From NCBI GenBank assembly GCA_951406725.2, contig OX597826.1, positions 5,890,001 through 5,954,000 of the forward strand: a stretch of 64,000 bases of DNA. Direction: 5' to 3'. Below the pieces are notes generated by a model. It was not told where the DNA came from and made no database searches. It saw only the letters and a program-made list of their open reading frames with translations. Origin of the DNA: Octopus vulgaris. Its lineage: Eukaryota. The position numbers and the translations under genes were made by a program. Shown here piece by piece: positions 38,033 through 52,397 of this stretch. How positions within the stretch are numbered: the first letter of the stretch is position 1; every line of letters begins with the position of its first letter.

Positions 38033-38690
38033 TGGGAATTTACAAAAGAAAAACAAGAGACGAAGACGGGTTTGTAAATGTGTAAACAACAAACCAATTT
38101 ATTAGTTTAACGCTCGGGAAATGAGAAAGTCTTTTACGTTTCGAGCCCATGCACTTCAGAAATATACAGGGAGAGAAAATTTTAAAAAAAGGTGTAGTGG
38201 CTTGGAATCTATCATGGCGAATGCCGGACACAGGTGTCACACAGGAGAGCAAGGAAGAAGGGGAGATAATAAATTGATGGTGATCCCGAAATGCGCGTAC
38301 GTGTGTATGTGAGAGCGTGTATGTGCGTGTGGATGGGGGCTGGTGACCTTGACGTGTGTGTGTGCGCATGTGTAGGTGTTTGAATGATGGTCAGTGCCAG
38401 TGTGTGCGGAATGGTGTGGCATGGTATGGTGGTGCGTGGTATTGTGTGGCAAGATGTGGAGTGGTGTTGGCAAGATGTGGAGTGGAGATGTGTGGCGGAG
38501 GCGAGAGTGGATGAATGGTGGGGGTGGGTTGGGGTGAGGGATTGTGTAGGGATGGGGTATATGGGAGTGGGGTATAAGGGACGTGGTTGGCAGGAAGTGG
38601 GTGTGATAGGAATAGAGGAAACAAACACAAATGACCGTCCCGAAATACAACAATATGTTTCAATACACTATCACCCATCAGGAACCTAGC
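38033..38690 (-). mobile_element. Penelope pLTR-like fragment with decayed hammerhead-like motif (~38131-38162) and G-rich tail
   Basis: 38033-38190 homologous to 51700-51860; begins at (TA)n. Confidence 0.6.
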
Positions 38691-38752
38691 AAAAGAAATG
38701 CATAAATGTGTGTATGTATTTATATATATATCTGTGTGTATTTATATATTTA

Positions 38753-38797
<45 letters not shown>

Positions 38798-39423
38798 TAT
38801 TTATGTATATAAATATTTATTCACGTTGCGGTGTAGAGTAGGTGTTTGTGTGTTTTGTTGTCTCTGAGGTCCATGGCGGCGGAGCCCAAGCCAAGTCTAC
38901 CATAAATCCAAAGACAAAACAAAGTGACAGAAGAATCGATGACAATTCACATCCAATAAGACCTGGGATATGATAGTTCAGATTCGTGGTAGAGGATAAT
39001 CGACACCAAAAGGCAACGATGCTCTATGCAAAACAGGGAGCAATATCCCTCAATAAGTAAGGACGTATATATGCCAAATTTATATGTATATATATATATA
39101 TATATTTCTAGGTATGTATATAATGTATGCATATATGTGATAGTGAGTGTGTGTATTTATGTTTTGACTGTAAATACGCACAGATATGGACACACCTACG
39201 TATCTATGCTTGCTTGTACATGATTAAATATTTGTATTTACATATAACTACACATTTCCATTTCAGGTATACCCATACATTTCAAGCATTACAATAGGAG
39301 GAATATATTATATTTTGGGGATAAGGAAATACGCATACGTATTTACAAGAGACATATGCGTTTATGTATGTCTCTCTGTATGTAACTACCTACTATACAC
39401 ATACTTATATATGTGTATGTGTG

Positions 39424-39500
<77 letters not shown>

Positions 39501-39541
39501 TTAAATATATATATATGTATGTGTATATATTTCTATATATA

Positions 39542-39589
<48 letters not shown>

Positions 39590-40218
39590 TATGAAGCCTT
39601 ATTAATTCTATACTACATTTGCGCTATATGACAAGGTGATATTACATACACCCTTCCTCGCATATTTTCATTCGAGCTATTTGTTAGGAATCTTATATAA
39701 ACACAATGTTATGCCTAAGGCAAGGTGACAATTCTATTCTGCTTTTCATGAACGTGTATCCAGATACAACTAAATCCATGCATACGTGTGTGTGTCGGTG
39801 CGTTCGTTTACGTGTATGGAAGTATGTATGTATATGTGCATGCATGTATGTATGAATGAATGCATGTTTGTATGTTTATATGTGTGTATGTGTATTCGGC
39901 TTATTTGCTAATGGGTTTTATTATTAGCTTGTATGTTATAGAGCTCATATGTTTTTTTTTTTTGTTGCATGATTTGTTTGGTTGTCTATTCATAATGTGT
40001 ACGATATTTGTATTAACGTATAAGGGAGTGGTTGTATATTATATAGCTGGCAGTATTTAGAAAGTGGTTCAAATTTTAATGAGGGTGTAAGCTTTAAACT
40101 TGGAGCTACAAAACTTCGTAGCAATGGCAACAACCGTTAAATAATATACGTTTATATATATAAGACCGTTCGAAGAGTATGTATGTATGATTGCGTGTGT
40201 ACGTGTGTGTGTTTGTAG

Positions 40219-40268
<50 letters not shown>

Positions 40269-40782
40269 TCAGTGTGTATCTGTGTATGTGTGTGAGCGTG
40301 TGTGCGTTTCAGAGTTTACATAATTTTGGAAAATGTACAACTACGCAAATGAAAGCAAAACCATATTATATAATCCAATTTCTCCGATCTACTTAACGAA
40401 ATCAATATAAATAGAAACATCACTGAATATACACATCGAGACTCATATACCTAAATATTACATGTACATATAATACATACATACATACGTACATACATGC
40501 ATATATACATATATAAACATATATACATAATACACATATATAAATATATGGATATATGTATATATATATGCATGTATATATAGATACACAAAACACTCAC
40601 ACACACGTTGGCATTATATATATATATATATATATGTATATATAAATATATATGTGTATATAGACACATATATATATATATACGCATATATATATGTATG
40701 TATATATATGCATACGTATATGTAATTTATATATATATATATGCATATGTATATATATATATACATATATATGCATATACAC

Positions 40783-40817
<35 letters not shown>

Positions 40818-40819
40818 GG

Positions 40820-40928
<109 letters not shown>

Positions 40929-41939
40929 TGCAACATTTTAATATGTACATATTCTTCTACTTTGCTCCATGTTTAGTGAATTACATATAATTTCAGTAAT
41001 TTTAATGTTATATATTGGAGAACATTAAGATTCATGGGTATTTAGCTATTAAATTATCTGACTATAACTAAATCATACACACAAAAAAAAGCAAGTACTT
41101 TCTCTGCAATTTTTCAGATTACACGCGAGTGCATGTATGTTTGGGTTTAGTTACATATAAGCATACATACACAGATATATATTCTTGCGTAAATAGATAC
41201 GTAATTAGATACAGACACACACACAGACATACGTATGTATGTATGTATGCATGTATGTATGTATGTATGTATGTATGTATGTATGTATGTATAATCCAAT
41301 CTGAGTATTGTAAATATATTTTGCAATACAGATACAATATTGGATTAAATCTTGAACTGTGGTTTTTTTGTAAATGTATGATTATTTTAATAGTTTATTT
41401 TACGTAACTTAGTTTCTATAGAAATTAATTTTAACATAAGACTATTCCATTTAACGGAATGGAGCTTTTAGCATGACAATTCCCAGACCTACAACATATT
41501 TCGAGTTTTGATGTATGCCGTATTTAACTTCAAATCACTATTAATAACATGGTTATAACTATAGCATATTTTAAATATATGCTGACGTTTATGTCTCAAT
41601 TATATAATTTACGTAAACACATTATATATCAACTATGTTTTTTCAAGAAACTTCCACAAGTACTTTTTAGGGAAAAATATTTTAGACTTTTTTTCCACGT
41701 AGTTATGCTGTGTTGCATCTATGATCCAAAAACCATTTTTTAAAAAAATTTTCGTATGTGCATTTAATATCTCTACGTATTTCCGTTATAATATCCTTTG
41801 CTGAACCACTATGTGTTACCCGTACGCGAACATGCTTACATAGTTTATCCAGCGCTGATTTGGGTCGACCACAATCACACCCACAAACATAGATAAATGC
41901 GCACGCGCCTGCGGGCGCGCACGCGCACACACACAATAA

Positions 41940-42100
41940 GCACAGGCACGGTTTGTAAGAAGTTTGCTTCCGAAACACATGGCTCCAGGTTCAGTCCCAG
42001 TGTGTGGAACATTGGGCAAGCGTCTTCTACTATACCCTCGGGCCGATCAAATCTTAATGAGTGGATTTGGTAGAAGGAAACTGCGAGAAACACGTCAGAA
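41940..42100 (+). mobile_element. SINE family B head
   Basis: GTAAGAAGTTTGCTTCC..GGTTCAGTCCCA..TTGGGCAAG..GAGTGGATTTGGTAGA. Confidence 0.85.
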
Positions 42101-42135
42101 GCATACATACGTATATACATACATACATACATACA

Positions 42136-42168
<33 letters not shown>

Positions 42169-42170
<2 letters not shown>

Positions 42171-42226
42171 TATTATTAATATCATTATGATTATGATTAT
42201 GATTATCATTATTATTATCATTATTA

Positions 42227-42297
<71 letters not shown>

Positions 42298-42326
42298 ATC
42301 ATCATCATGATAATCATTATTAATAA
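42169..42326. repeat. (ATT)n microsatellite
   Basis: direct reading. Confidence 0.97.
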
Positions 42327-43339
42327 CCAAGGGAAAAGTTGGAGATTAAGATGAATAAAAGTGAAAATATATTCAGAGAAGGGTGTACAAAGAAATTTAA
42401 ATATTTGAAATATAATGAAAACCCTAAACAGGAAGAATATAGTGTATCATGAAAGTTAAAAATAATGCATAAATAATTATAAATACCGTGATAAAAAATA
42501 ATTACAGTGATAAATTAATATAAATAATGATAATGATAATGCAGACTTACCCATGCAAAAATATGAACAGTGGTGATATGTAAAAAAAAAACCAAGACAC
42601 CGGCTATTAAAATAGTACAGAAGTGAAATAATTAGCCCCTTCCTGAATTTGGTAAATTACTGAAGTAATTTACCACATTTATTTAGTTAAATTAAATTTG
42701 GTTGATTTTGTGATGCAAGAGAGGAATTGAAACAAGTGTAGGTCTCACCTTGTCGATGTATTAATAAACATTTATTAATCTTATCTCCATCTTCACTCTT
42801 GGTTTTTAATATTAATGATATATATGTATGTGCCTATATTGTTAGGTATTCAACCAGTATAATCTTGAATATTTTTATATCCTTACCTGTATTCTGAGAT
42901 ATATATATATATGTGTGTGCGTGTATGTGTGTGTATGTGTGTGTGTTTGTGTGGGCACATCATAAATACAGATTCTTGGTGTCATTGAGTACTTCGAATT
43001 TACAGGACTCAGAGATCTCCCTAAGGTGCCTTAGCCGCGATCGATGAAGTCGCAGCTTCTGTTGAGTTACAAATAAATTTTAACACATCCCGTTTTTTGA
43101 CTCACCCTTCCTGATCCACTGCGAGATTCAGGTAATCACGGCTGCCTCTGTAGACAACATGATGACTTTTCCCTAACTAGTCCCCGAGGTGTCCGGCATA
43201 TCTGGTAGCCCAACAATCATGCCGCACCCTAAGTCAACGGGATTATAGCGGATTTAGCACTCTTATTACCATGTAATAAGTTTTATATAACGCACGCTCG
43301 CACATATTTTATGTATTAGAAGCATATTTATTCATATAT

Positions 43340-43823
<484 letters not shown>

Positions 43824-45027
43824 ATATATATTCTTATATATATAATGCACGTAAAGAACGCGTATACATAGTCATATGCATGTATAGTTATATCTATGGT
43901 AACGCGCAAATTCATTTCGAGAGCACTGTACAAATGAGCTTAAGTGATTCAGATTGAAATGTTACATCGCGAATTAAAATCATTTTGTATAAAATGTATT
44001 TGTTAAGTAGATTGACAATATCTCCATTTTGAAAGTCTCCAGAGAAGACAATGATAGTTAAAGTAGATCTTGTATTTAAGTATGGATGGATGGATGGATT
44101 CATATATGTTTGTATGCTTGTTTATAAGTATGTATGCATATATGTTGTATATATTTGAGTGTGTATTGGTGCGCTCATGTGTGGTTATATAGTGTTAGAT
44201 ATTTATAGTATGCAAATCGGGCCCTCTACGTCTCCCAAACCTGTAGATTTTTTATGTATATAAACATACTGGCTGTCTGTTTCTCTAGGATAGGGTAAGC
44301 CACGTAAACACCTCTGACGAGACCCCAATAAGCTTCGAAAGCAGGATTAAACATTGTTCATCGTTCTTTCGATCTACAGAGAAGTAGTTAAATATTCACT
44401 ATTTATCCACAGCATAGATTATTAATGTATAGTTTCTTATTTGTAATGTAGGTAGCATATTGCGAAAACGAAAATCTGGCTATGTGGTGTTATATTAAGT
44501 TTTAAATATGCTATAGAATGCAGAAGGTGAAAGCACAGTGGGAACTGCAAAAATGCTTTCACTCTTCAAATTATTTGTCGTTTCATCGTAGATAAGAATC
44601 ACCATCATGCAAATTCATGATTTGATAAAACCGTTTGTAAAGCAATAAAATTACACAAGATGCGTTAATAATACTAATAGGAAATAGGAAACGATAAATA
44701 AATGTGCAATTGACTGGAACAATGCCGACTATTCCAAAACTTCATAAAATTTTCTTTGATCACTGAGGAATTAGTCGCTTTTGTAGCCAAAATGTCAACC
44801 AGAGCCGAATGTAATGATAATGGTAGAAGAAAATAAGAGAGAACTTAAGAAAAAAAACTTTTTTCATGAAAATGATGCATAAAAATGCTTACAACAATTG
44901 CCCGTAAACATAAAACCCAATGCCTCAATGAATGTGGCTGGTTGTATATAATTAAGGTATGGAATGTATGTCTGTCTCACTCATCTCTCTCTTTGTATAT
45001 ATATACATAGATCTACACATATATATA

Positions 45028-45079
<52 letters not shown>

Positions 45080-45714
45080 TATTTATATATACACATATAT
45101 ACATATATATATACGTGGGTATACATGGAAACACACACACACATACAAACAACATTGGTAATCAGTTTAATACAATTAATATATTTTGTATTTGCTATTT
45201 TAACATGGCGAAACGCCAACTAGCATAAGAGTTACACAGCTAAAAAGAAGTTAAATCATTCGAAGAAGCCATTTACTCGATATACAATAGAGCATTAGTT
45301 TTAAAACAAAATATGAAGACTTGCAACAAAGCCATATCATTCGATGCTTAACTTTATATTTTTCCTATTTACATCGAAAATAGCTGTAAGTTCTCTCATG
45401 TGTGCATATTACAATATGCATATAATGAAGTAAAGATAACGTACTTCGAGTATAACAATATAGAAATATTTCGGAATTAATTCTGAGAAATCTAAATCAT
45501 GGTGAGTGTATCTATGCATATTTCGAGCACATTGAGAATTCCAATGAACAAATTATCGTAGTTCTGAGATCGATCCCATTATATAGTGGCTTCGCTAAAT
45601 TCATTATGGGATTGTAAACGGAAAGTCATGTGAAGGTCTCTCGCTTTCTTTCTCTCTGTCTGTCTCTTTCTCTCTCTCTCTCTCTCACTCACACACACAC
45701 ACAGGGTAATAGAA

Positions 45715-45915
45715 GTATCAAAGGTTTTCCAATTTTACTAGCGTATATGATTTGCCTCTGCACGGGACACTGATCCATCGTAGGATTACTCACTTTTGCC
45801 ATCTGATCGGACTGGAGCAAGATGAAAGGAAGTCCTTTGCTGAAGAACACAACGCACTAAGGAACAGGAACCACAATCTTACGATCTAAAGCGCAATTCC
45901 CCCAAAACACTAGCG
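45715..45915 (-). mobile_element. SINE family C, degenerate
   Basis: TCCATCG..TTACTCAC..TTTGCCA..ACTGGAGCAA..GAACACAACGC collinear with 17160-17340. Confidence 0.7.
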
Positions 45916-46694
45916 TACGGGTTTTCTTTCATTGCGAGTTTAACTTAATTATTATATTTTGTCCTTGCATCTCAGGCTAACAAAGCAGTACTGCAGATAG
46001 GCTTAAATATATATATATTACATTGCGATAAAGAATTATGCTTATATGATAGACTAAACTCTTGAAAATAATTTCCAAGCATCGTTGCGGTTCAATGACT
46101 AGAGCCAGCAAATGTTAAAAAAAAAAGTAATTATTATGAAATGATGTATACTGAGCCTCTGTCCCATTTAATATCCTTTCGCATAACGATTCCGCAGTTT
46201 ATTGAACCAGAAGCAGTTTGTGATGTTTCTGCTAGAAACTAAGAACACCACCCTCCACCCGTGCTAGACAATGACATTGTTTCTACTGCAATTTGAAAAT
46301 GTATTATGCGTGTACAGATAGAAATTAAATACCACAGTTTTTCGTTAAATATGTTGTGTTGTTTCCAGTTGACGTGTATTTATTTAAATTCCCATTCTAT
46401 TATTTCCTCAAATGCAGTCCTGAAATCAAAATTAAATTGAGTGTGTAAATTAACGAAACGTATGAAAACAACTTATGGTTGAATGAATTTAAATAATAAC
46501 TGATAAAACAATTACTCTCAAAGTCACTGTATAGAACTGCTCCAATGTCAACTAATTACTATGCTTGTTTTGCTAAGCATGGTCTTCGTAAATGTAGTTT
46601 TGTCCATTGCCTATACACACAACTTAAGTTAACAAGTTTCTTAAACTCAAATCTACAGAATAACGTATGTATTGCACAACGTCATTGACAATTT

Positions 46695-46767
46695 TGGCGT
46701 GTCAATCGAAACCGCGATCCTACGACCGCGAGTCTGCTGCTCTAACCACTGGGCCATTGCGCTTCCA
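46695..46767 (-). mobile_element. SINE family C head only
   Basis: AATCGAAACCGCGATCCTACGACCGCGAGTC..TAACCACTGGGCCATTGCGC matches 50320-50380. Confidence 0.85.
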
Positions 46768-46825
46768 CACACACACACACACACACCTATACATATATAC
46801 ATACATATATGTACATACTTACATA

Positions 46826-46919
<94 letters not shown>

Positions 46920-46989
46920 TATATAGGTACAGGACGTCTCAAAACGTAAACAACATGAAATGCGAAGAGTATGCGTAGTAAATCATAAC

Positions 46990-47155
46990 GAGATTGCAGA
47001 AACGTTAACGCGTCGTAGAAATTGCATTTGTTCCGAGTCTTTATGTTCTGAATTTAAATTCCGCTCAGGTCCTTTCGGATGGATAACATAAGTACCAGTT
47101 GAGCACGTTTATTGACTAAGACCCTGCCCAAAGGTTCTACCAAACATTTGAACCT
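46990..47155 (+). mobile_element. SINE family A, degenerate
   Basis: GCAGAAACGTTA..GTTCTGAATTTAAATTCCGC..ATAAGTACCAGTT. Confidence 0.6.
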
Positions 47156-48149
47156 TGTAAGTATGTCATTTCACACTGGCTGAACAAAATATTAGCGGCA
47201 AATTATCAGACTTATAGGTCCCAGTTATAAAGATCGTTTTGGAATGGAAAATAATATTGTGTCGTTCTGTTAAAGTACGTCTTACCAAATCTTTCATATG
47301 TATTTTCCGTTTACACGTATGACTGTTTAATCTTAGACATGACTTTCTCTTAACTTCGCGTCTCCACGCCACTTCAGACCCTATATATTGCCTTTCGAAT
47401 GACATTGAGTTTTCGTCTCCTTATAACCTATCAGGAACTAATGAAATCCACATGAAATCTACACACACCAAATGACACAAAATCCTTCATTCCATGTATC
47501 ATAGATATATACTATACTTTGCAATTTCCAAAATACCCAAGAATCTCTCGTGCAACATATCAAAAATATACATGGAACTATACTGAAGAGATACAAACAT
47601 AGAGGTCTCATGACATGCAGAAGAGCAAACACTTTCTTTACTTAATAGCTGAGAACAATTTTAAAAAAAATATTCATTGATTGTAAACATGGCCGTTTTA
47701 TTAACTTGACGGTTGCAGGAAACACAATTTAGGAGAAAAGTGAAAGTATTTTTTAGAGTAGATTGAAAGATCGACAACGGTACAGAATGTGATTTGGAAA
47801 AAGACATTTTATAAAACTAAGTCTACTTAGATTGGATCACAGCAACTCACATCTTTAATCATCTTCATTCTCATCATATTTTACACATAGATACGTAAAA
47901 TATATCGTTCAGAAAGTTTCCGTGATTTGTTCAATTCTTGAAAAAAACCACCTAGCCTTGTTGGCGATGTAAGTACAGACTATCATAATGAATTCAATGT
48001 AACACGTACCTAATCTCAGGCATACCGCCTTATATAGATAGTGGTCCTCTATTATCTTGTGTATCTGTACATAATATGTTCTATATTGCTCAATGTTATC
48101 AGCAATCGTTCGTTTGCTATACCAAAACCTGTGTAATGCATTTGTGTGG

Positions 48150-48650
48150 AGCGGGGCTTCTTTCTCTAATGATGTATGAAGAGACACTTCTTCATTTTCC
48201 TGAACACCAGTTCCTGAATATGTTTTAGTTCTCGTACATGTAGTGAGTCCGTGTGCAATCACATATCATTCCTAACCATATTGTGCCACCAAGGCAAGGA
48301 CAGATAAAGCGTTCATCTTGTCATAACTTTCAGTTTGAGCCTGGCATATTTTGAAGCTTGCTATTCACCTGGTTCTCAGATACTAAATTGGACACTCAAA
48401 ACTGTTACTGGTACCTAGCTCTGTAGACGATACAGTAGGAGCTATATATGATATTTTTATTCCCAAAAGATATGATGCAACTCATCCTATTGTTGGTCAT
48501 ACACAACTTGATGACCTTCCCTCAATGAATCTCCATTCAGCTGTGGAGATGCTTTGGCGTTTGTTACAAATTTTTACCAAGTAGGCGTATTTTATACTGG
48601 CTTAGACATAATCAAGATGTGTTTGTAATTGCTAGAAGATACAGGACTAT
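48150..48650 (-). pseudogene. decayed RTE-like LINE fragment
   Basis: ordered minus-strand traces QLNGDSLREGHQVVY, IVYRA and WHNMVRND resemble RTE post-RT motifs. Confidence 0.45.
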
Positions 48651-49267
48651 TCACGTGCATTCGGATATTTTCTGCTTTTCAATTTGGGAAAGCAGAAATT
48701 TACATATGTGACATATTGTTATTGAGTTGTCAGTTTCACTAACTCCGCTAACGGTTTTAGCCAAGTGTCAAGAATTATCACAGTTTTTGTCTAGAAATTA
48801 TAGTTTTCTTCAATGATATGTTTATTTACTTCACGTTTTCTGCTTTTATATACTTCTTGCACAAAAGCTAGGGTTTGGGTCTAATTTGTGAGTGTTGTTT
48901 GCTAATATAGTTGTTAAGAATGACAACCAAACGCAAGGACATGTTCATAATGTCTGATTACTTTCTTTAATTACTGAGGAATATGTAAACCAACTTCGCA
49001 CTTGCCTTTTTTTAAAAAATTAATTGCAAAAGAATTATGGCAATAACATTTCGCCCAAAATTTGAAAATGTTCACATAGTATCAATTCATTTGTAAGAAT
49101 AACGGCTATGGCATTGTCGATGATGAGGACGTCTCTCTCGATGACATGATGATGAGGAAAGATATTTAAGGACCCATGCACTCAATAACGAACCACGACT
49201 TTTATAATTACGTTTGGAAAGCAGGGAATATAATAAAATTTAAGAGCAGGGCAAAACAAAACCGCGG

Positions 49268-49392
49268 CTACTACTACTACTAATACTACTACAACAACAG
49301 CAACAACAACTACTACTACTACTACTACTACTACTGCTGCTGCTGTTTCTGCTGCTGTTGCTGCTGATGCTGATGTTACTGCTACTGCTGCA

Positions 49393-49430
<38 letters not shown>

Positions 49431-49495
49431 AACGACGACGACGGCTACTACTACTATTGTTGCTGCTACTGTCTCTGGTGATGGTGCTGCTGCTT
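49268..49495. repeat. compound (CTA)/(CAA)/(CTG)n microsatellite
   Basis: direct reading. Confidence 0.95.
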
Positions 49496-49514
49496 GTAAG
49501 AACATTACCCTAAC

Positions 49515-49860
49515 CAGCGAGTTCGCAGAATCGTTTGCACTCCGGGCGAAACGCTTAGCGGTATTTCATCTGCTGTTATGTTCTGAGTTCAAATTCCGCC
49601 GAGGTCGACTTTGCCTTTCATACTTTCGGGGTCGATTAAATAAGTACGAGTTACGCACTGGAGTCGATTTAATCGACTTAATCCGTTTGTTTGTCCTTTC
49701 TGTGTTTAGCCCCTTGTGGGTAGTAAAGAAATAGGTATTTCGTCTTTAGCTACGTCCTGTGTTCAAATTCCGTCGACTCTGCCTTTCACCGGTTCGGGGT
49801 CAATAAATTAAGTACCGGTCAAATACTGCGTTCGATGTAATTGATTGGCCCTCTCACCCA
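49515..49860 (+). mobile_element. SINE family A, full copy followed by a partial second unit
   Basis: body GGTATTTC..GTTCAAATTCCG..TAAGTAC occurs twice. Confidence 0.9.
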
Positions 49861-50024
49861 CAAACCTGAATGCCTCCTACCTGTAATACAAAGGACTATT
49901 ATATATACACCACTAGCCCTACCAAAATCACCACCACCGCCCCTACAAAAGCCGTCATTACTACTACTACTACTACCGTTGCTATTGCAGCTGCTGCTGT
50001 TGCTGTTGGGGTTGCTGTTGAGCA

Positions 50025-50383
50025 AAGCGGTCTTCGTCCCCGAGCTCGCAGTGGGAGAAGTCCGAATCGTGGTCCTTTGCTATTTGTAAGACCCGCAGAA
50101 GAGAAAGCAAGTCAACCCCGACACCGAGAGCATCGACGGATGGATGAATGTGCATCCAGGCTCAGCGGTTGCATAGGAAGTCGGGGACAAGAAACAGGAA
50201 GAAAGAGTGAGAGAAAGTTGAGGAGAAAGAGTACAACAGAGGTCGCCACCACCCCTGCCGGAGCCTCGTGGAGTTTTAGGTATTTTCGCTCAATAAACAC
50301 AAACAACGCCCGATCTGGGAATCGAAACCATGATCCTCCGACCGCGAGTCCGCTGCCCTAACCACTGGGCCATTGCGCCTCCA
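50025..50383 (-). mobile_element. SINE family C, full length and young-looking
   Basis: minus-strand head GGAGGCGCAATGGCCCAGTGGTTAGGGCAGCGGACTCGCGGTC..GGTTTCGATTCCC (tRNA-Arg-like), CpG-rich tail. Confidence 0.9.
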
Positions 50384-50847
50384 CTGCAGTTGCTGCTAAT
50401 GTAGTTGCTACTGCTGTTATTTCTCATGTTACTACTATACACTGTGTTGTATGGAAGAATTGCGATTTAATATTTTATGAAGAAGCCTCGAAACGAAATG
50501 TAAAAATAACATCCACTGATTTAATTTCAAATGACATGAAACAAAGACATTTTTTGCACGCAATCTTTCAAGAGACAAATGTGTTGAAGCAGTAGACTTT
50601 GAGAATAAATATCATAAATACGTAAGATCAACAACGAAGATTGCATCAGTTTCACTGCTGATATTTGTTTTTTCTTTACGTGTGTTAGTAAATAATTATC
50701 GGTCGTCAGACTTGTTTTTCTCGATGTTTAGTTCAATGTCGTTTCTGTTATACTTCAGACGACAAATGCTCAGAAACAACCTGGCAATGGCCATTTCTTA
50801 TATCTTTCTTTTGTATACGTGTGAATACATATCATTGAACATAGAGA

Positions 50848-50984
50848 CAGACGTGGCTGTGTGGTAAGATGTTCGCTTCTCAACCACATGTTTCTGGTTT
50901 CAGTGCCACTCAGTGTGTGGATGTAGTAGACGGAAACTCAAAGAACTCCGTCGCATGTATGTATGTAATTATGTATGTATGTAC

Positions 50985-51046
<62 letters not shown>

Positions 51047-51325
51047 TTAAAATCCTTAAAAATGTTTTAGCCCGAAGGCCGCGGCCATGCTGGGGCACCA
51101 TATATATATATATGTGTGTGTGTGTCTGTTTACATATGTCTATGTTGATTTTTTGCTGCTTGCCACCAGCTGTTTCACATGCGGTGTTGGTGTGTTTACG
51201 TTCTCGTAACATAGTGGTTTGGCAACAGGAGACCCATTGTATTAGTACATGGGTCGTTTATTTCAACTAAAATGTTACAAGGCGTTGCCCCAGTATAGCC
51301 GCAGTCTAATGACTGAAATAATTAA
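50848..51325 (+). mobile_element. SINE family B with internal deletion and a nested inverted tail fragment (~51045-51100)
   Basis: GTGGCTGTGTGGTAAG head, GTAGACGGAAACT, GCCGCAGTCTAATGACTGAAA tail. Confidence 0.85.
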
Positions 51326-51643
51326 AAAAAAACTTTATCTATATTCAGTGATTCATTCTTTCCTTTGCCAGACGGTAAAACATAGATGTTGTTTCTAACG
51401 AGTCCAGTGCCCGTGTCTGGGGTTCACCGAGGATTTTGCCAGAATAATAGTTCGTGAATAATGAAAAGTTATTAAAAAAGATTTTGGTTCAGAAGTAAGG
51501 AATACTTCTTTATGACAGCGGATTAACAGAATCACCAGAGCGTCAGTTAAAATGTCTTGTTGTAGTGTTTCCGAAACATAACATACATATATTAAATCTG
51601 ACAGGTCTGTGTTTGTGAGCGTATGTGCGTGTTTGTGTGTAGC

Positions 51644-51699
<56 letters not shown>

Positions 51700-51700
<1 letters not shown>

Positions 51701-51860
51701 GGGAGAGTTTACGAAAAAAAACAAAAGACGAAGACAGGTGGTGTACAAAACAAGCAGATGTATTAGTATAACGCTTAGGAATAGAAAGTCTTTTACGTTT
51801 CGAGCATACGCTCTTCTACAGAAAGAGACACAGAAAAAACAGGGAGAGAAAAAACGGAAT
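51700..51860 (-). mobile_element. Penelope pLTR-like fragment with a minimal hammerhead-like motif (51790-51825)
   Basis: minus strand CTTT-CTGTAGA-A-GAGC(GTAT)GCTC-GAAAC-GTA-AAAG; (TA)n on both sides. Confidence 0.65.
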
Positions 51861-51875
51861 ATATATATATAGGAT

Positions 51876-52178
51876 AAAGACCCCTTACGTTACAAGTGAC
51901 CGTAGCATTGCATTTAGAAAGTCTCCCTCCGTGGCTGAAGCTCGAACAAGGCTGTTTGTAGAGGACCAGCATAATACTGACCCTTCTCCATGCCACCGAT
52001 CTTATTCAAGGGAAAGGCAAATGCTGATACAGGTGGAAACCGGTGCCGTCGCAACAAATTTCTACAGCTGAGCGAATTGTAGCAACATAAAATAAAGTGT
52101 CTTGCTCAAGAACGCAACACATTCCAGTCCCGGAATATTGTACGCCCAATGCTCTAATTAGTTAACCATGCGCCTTCA
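51876..52178 (-). mobile_element. SINE family C with a third type of 3' tail
   Basis: CAGCTGAG..AGCAAC..AAAGTGTCTTGCTCAAGAAC..CCATGCGCCTTCA shared with 17230-17357; different distal part. Confidence 0.75.
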
Positions 52179-52397
52179 TACTGTATCTATAAAAACGTCT
52201 AACTTCTTCCCTCAAAAATGTTTGGTTTTGTCATGTATTGAATAATTGCATAAAAAGGAATCGTTCAAGAAATAAAGTTTTGTGAGACAATATTAGCTAT
52301 AAAGCGATGATTATTTAAATTAACGCTTAACGCCAAAGAAGCAGTAGTCAGTTTCTGGGTACAGAAACATATATTCAAAACTGTAACTCTGTTACCC

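Noticed and set aside
44311-44345. CCT-CTGACGA..GAAA-GC-AGG hammerhead-like motif; similar traces at ~21938-21962 and ~32590-32632 on the minus strand
   Set aside because: missing cleavage triplet or stem III, or mutated core; at best decayed pLTR relics
47500-48260. Possible hAT transposase traces (IAHGL, FPAT)
   Set aside because: motifs too short, and the adjacent sequence fits an RTE LINE better
50310-50383. tRNA-Arg-like sequence (also 46695-46767 and 17290-17357)
   Set aside because: continues into a SINE body; SINE head rather than a tRNA gene
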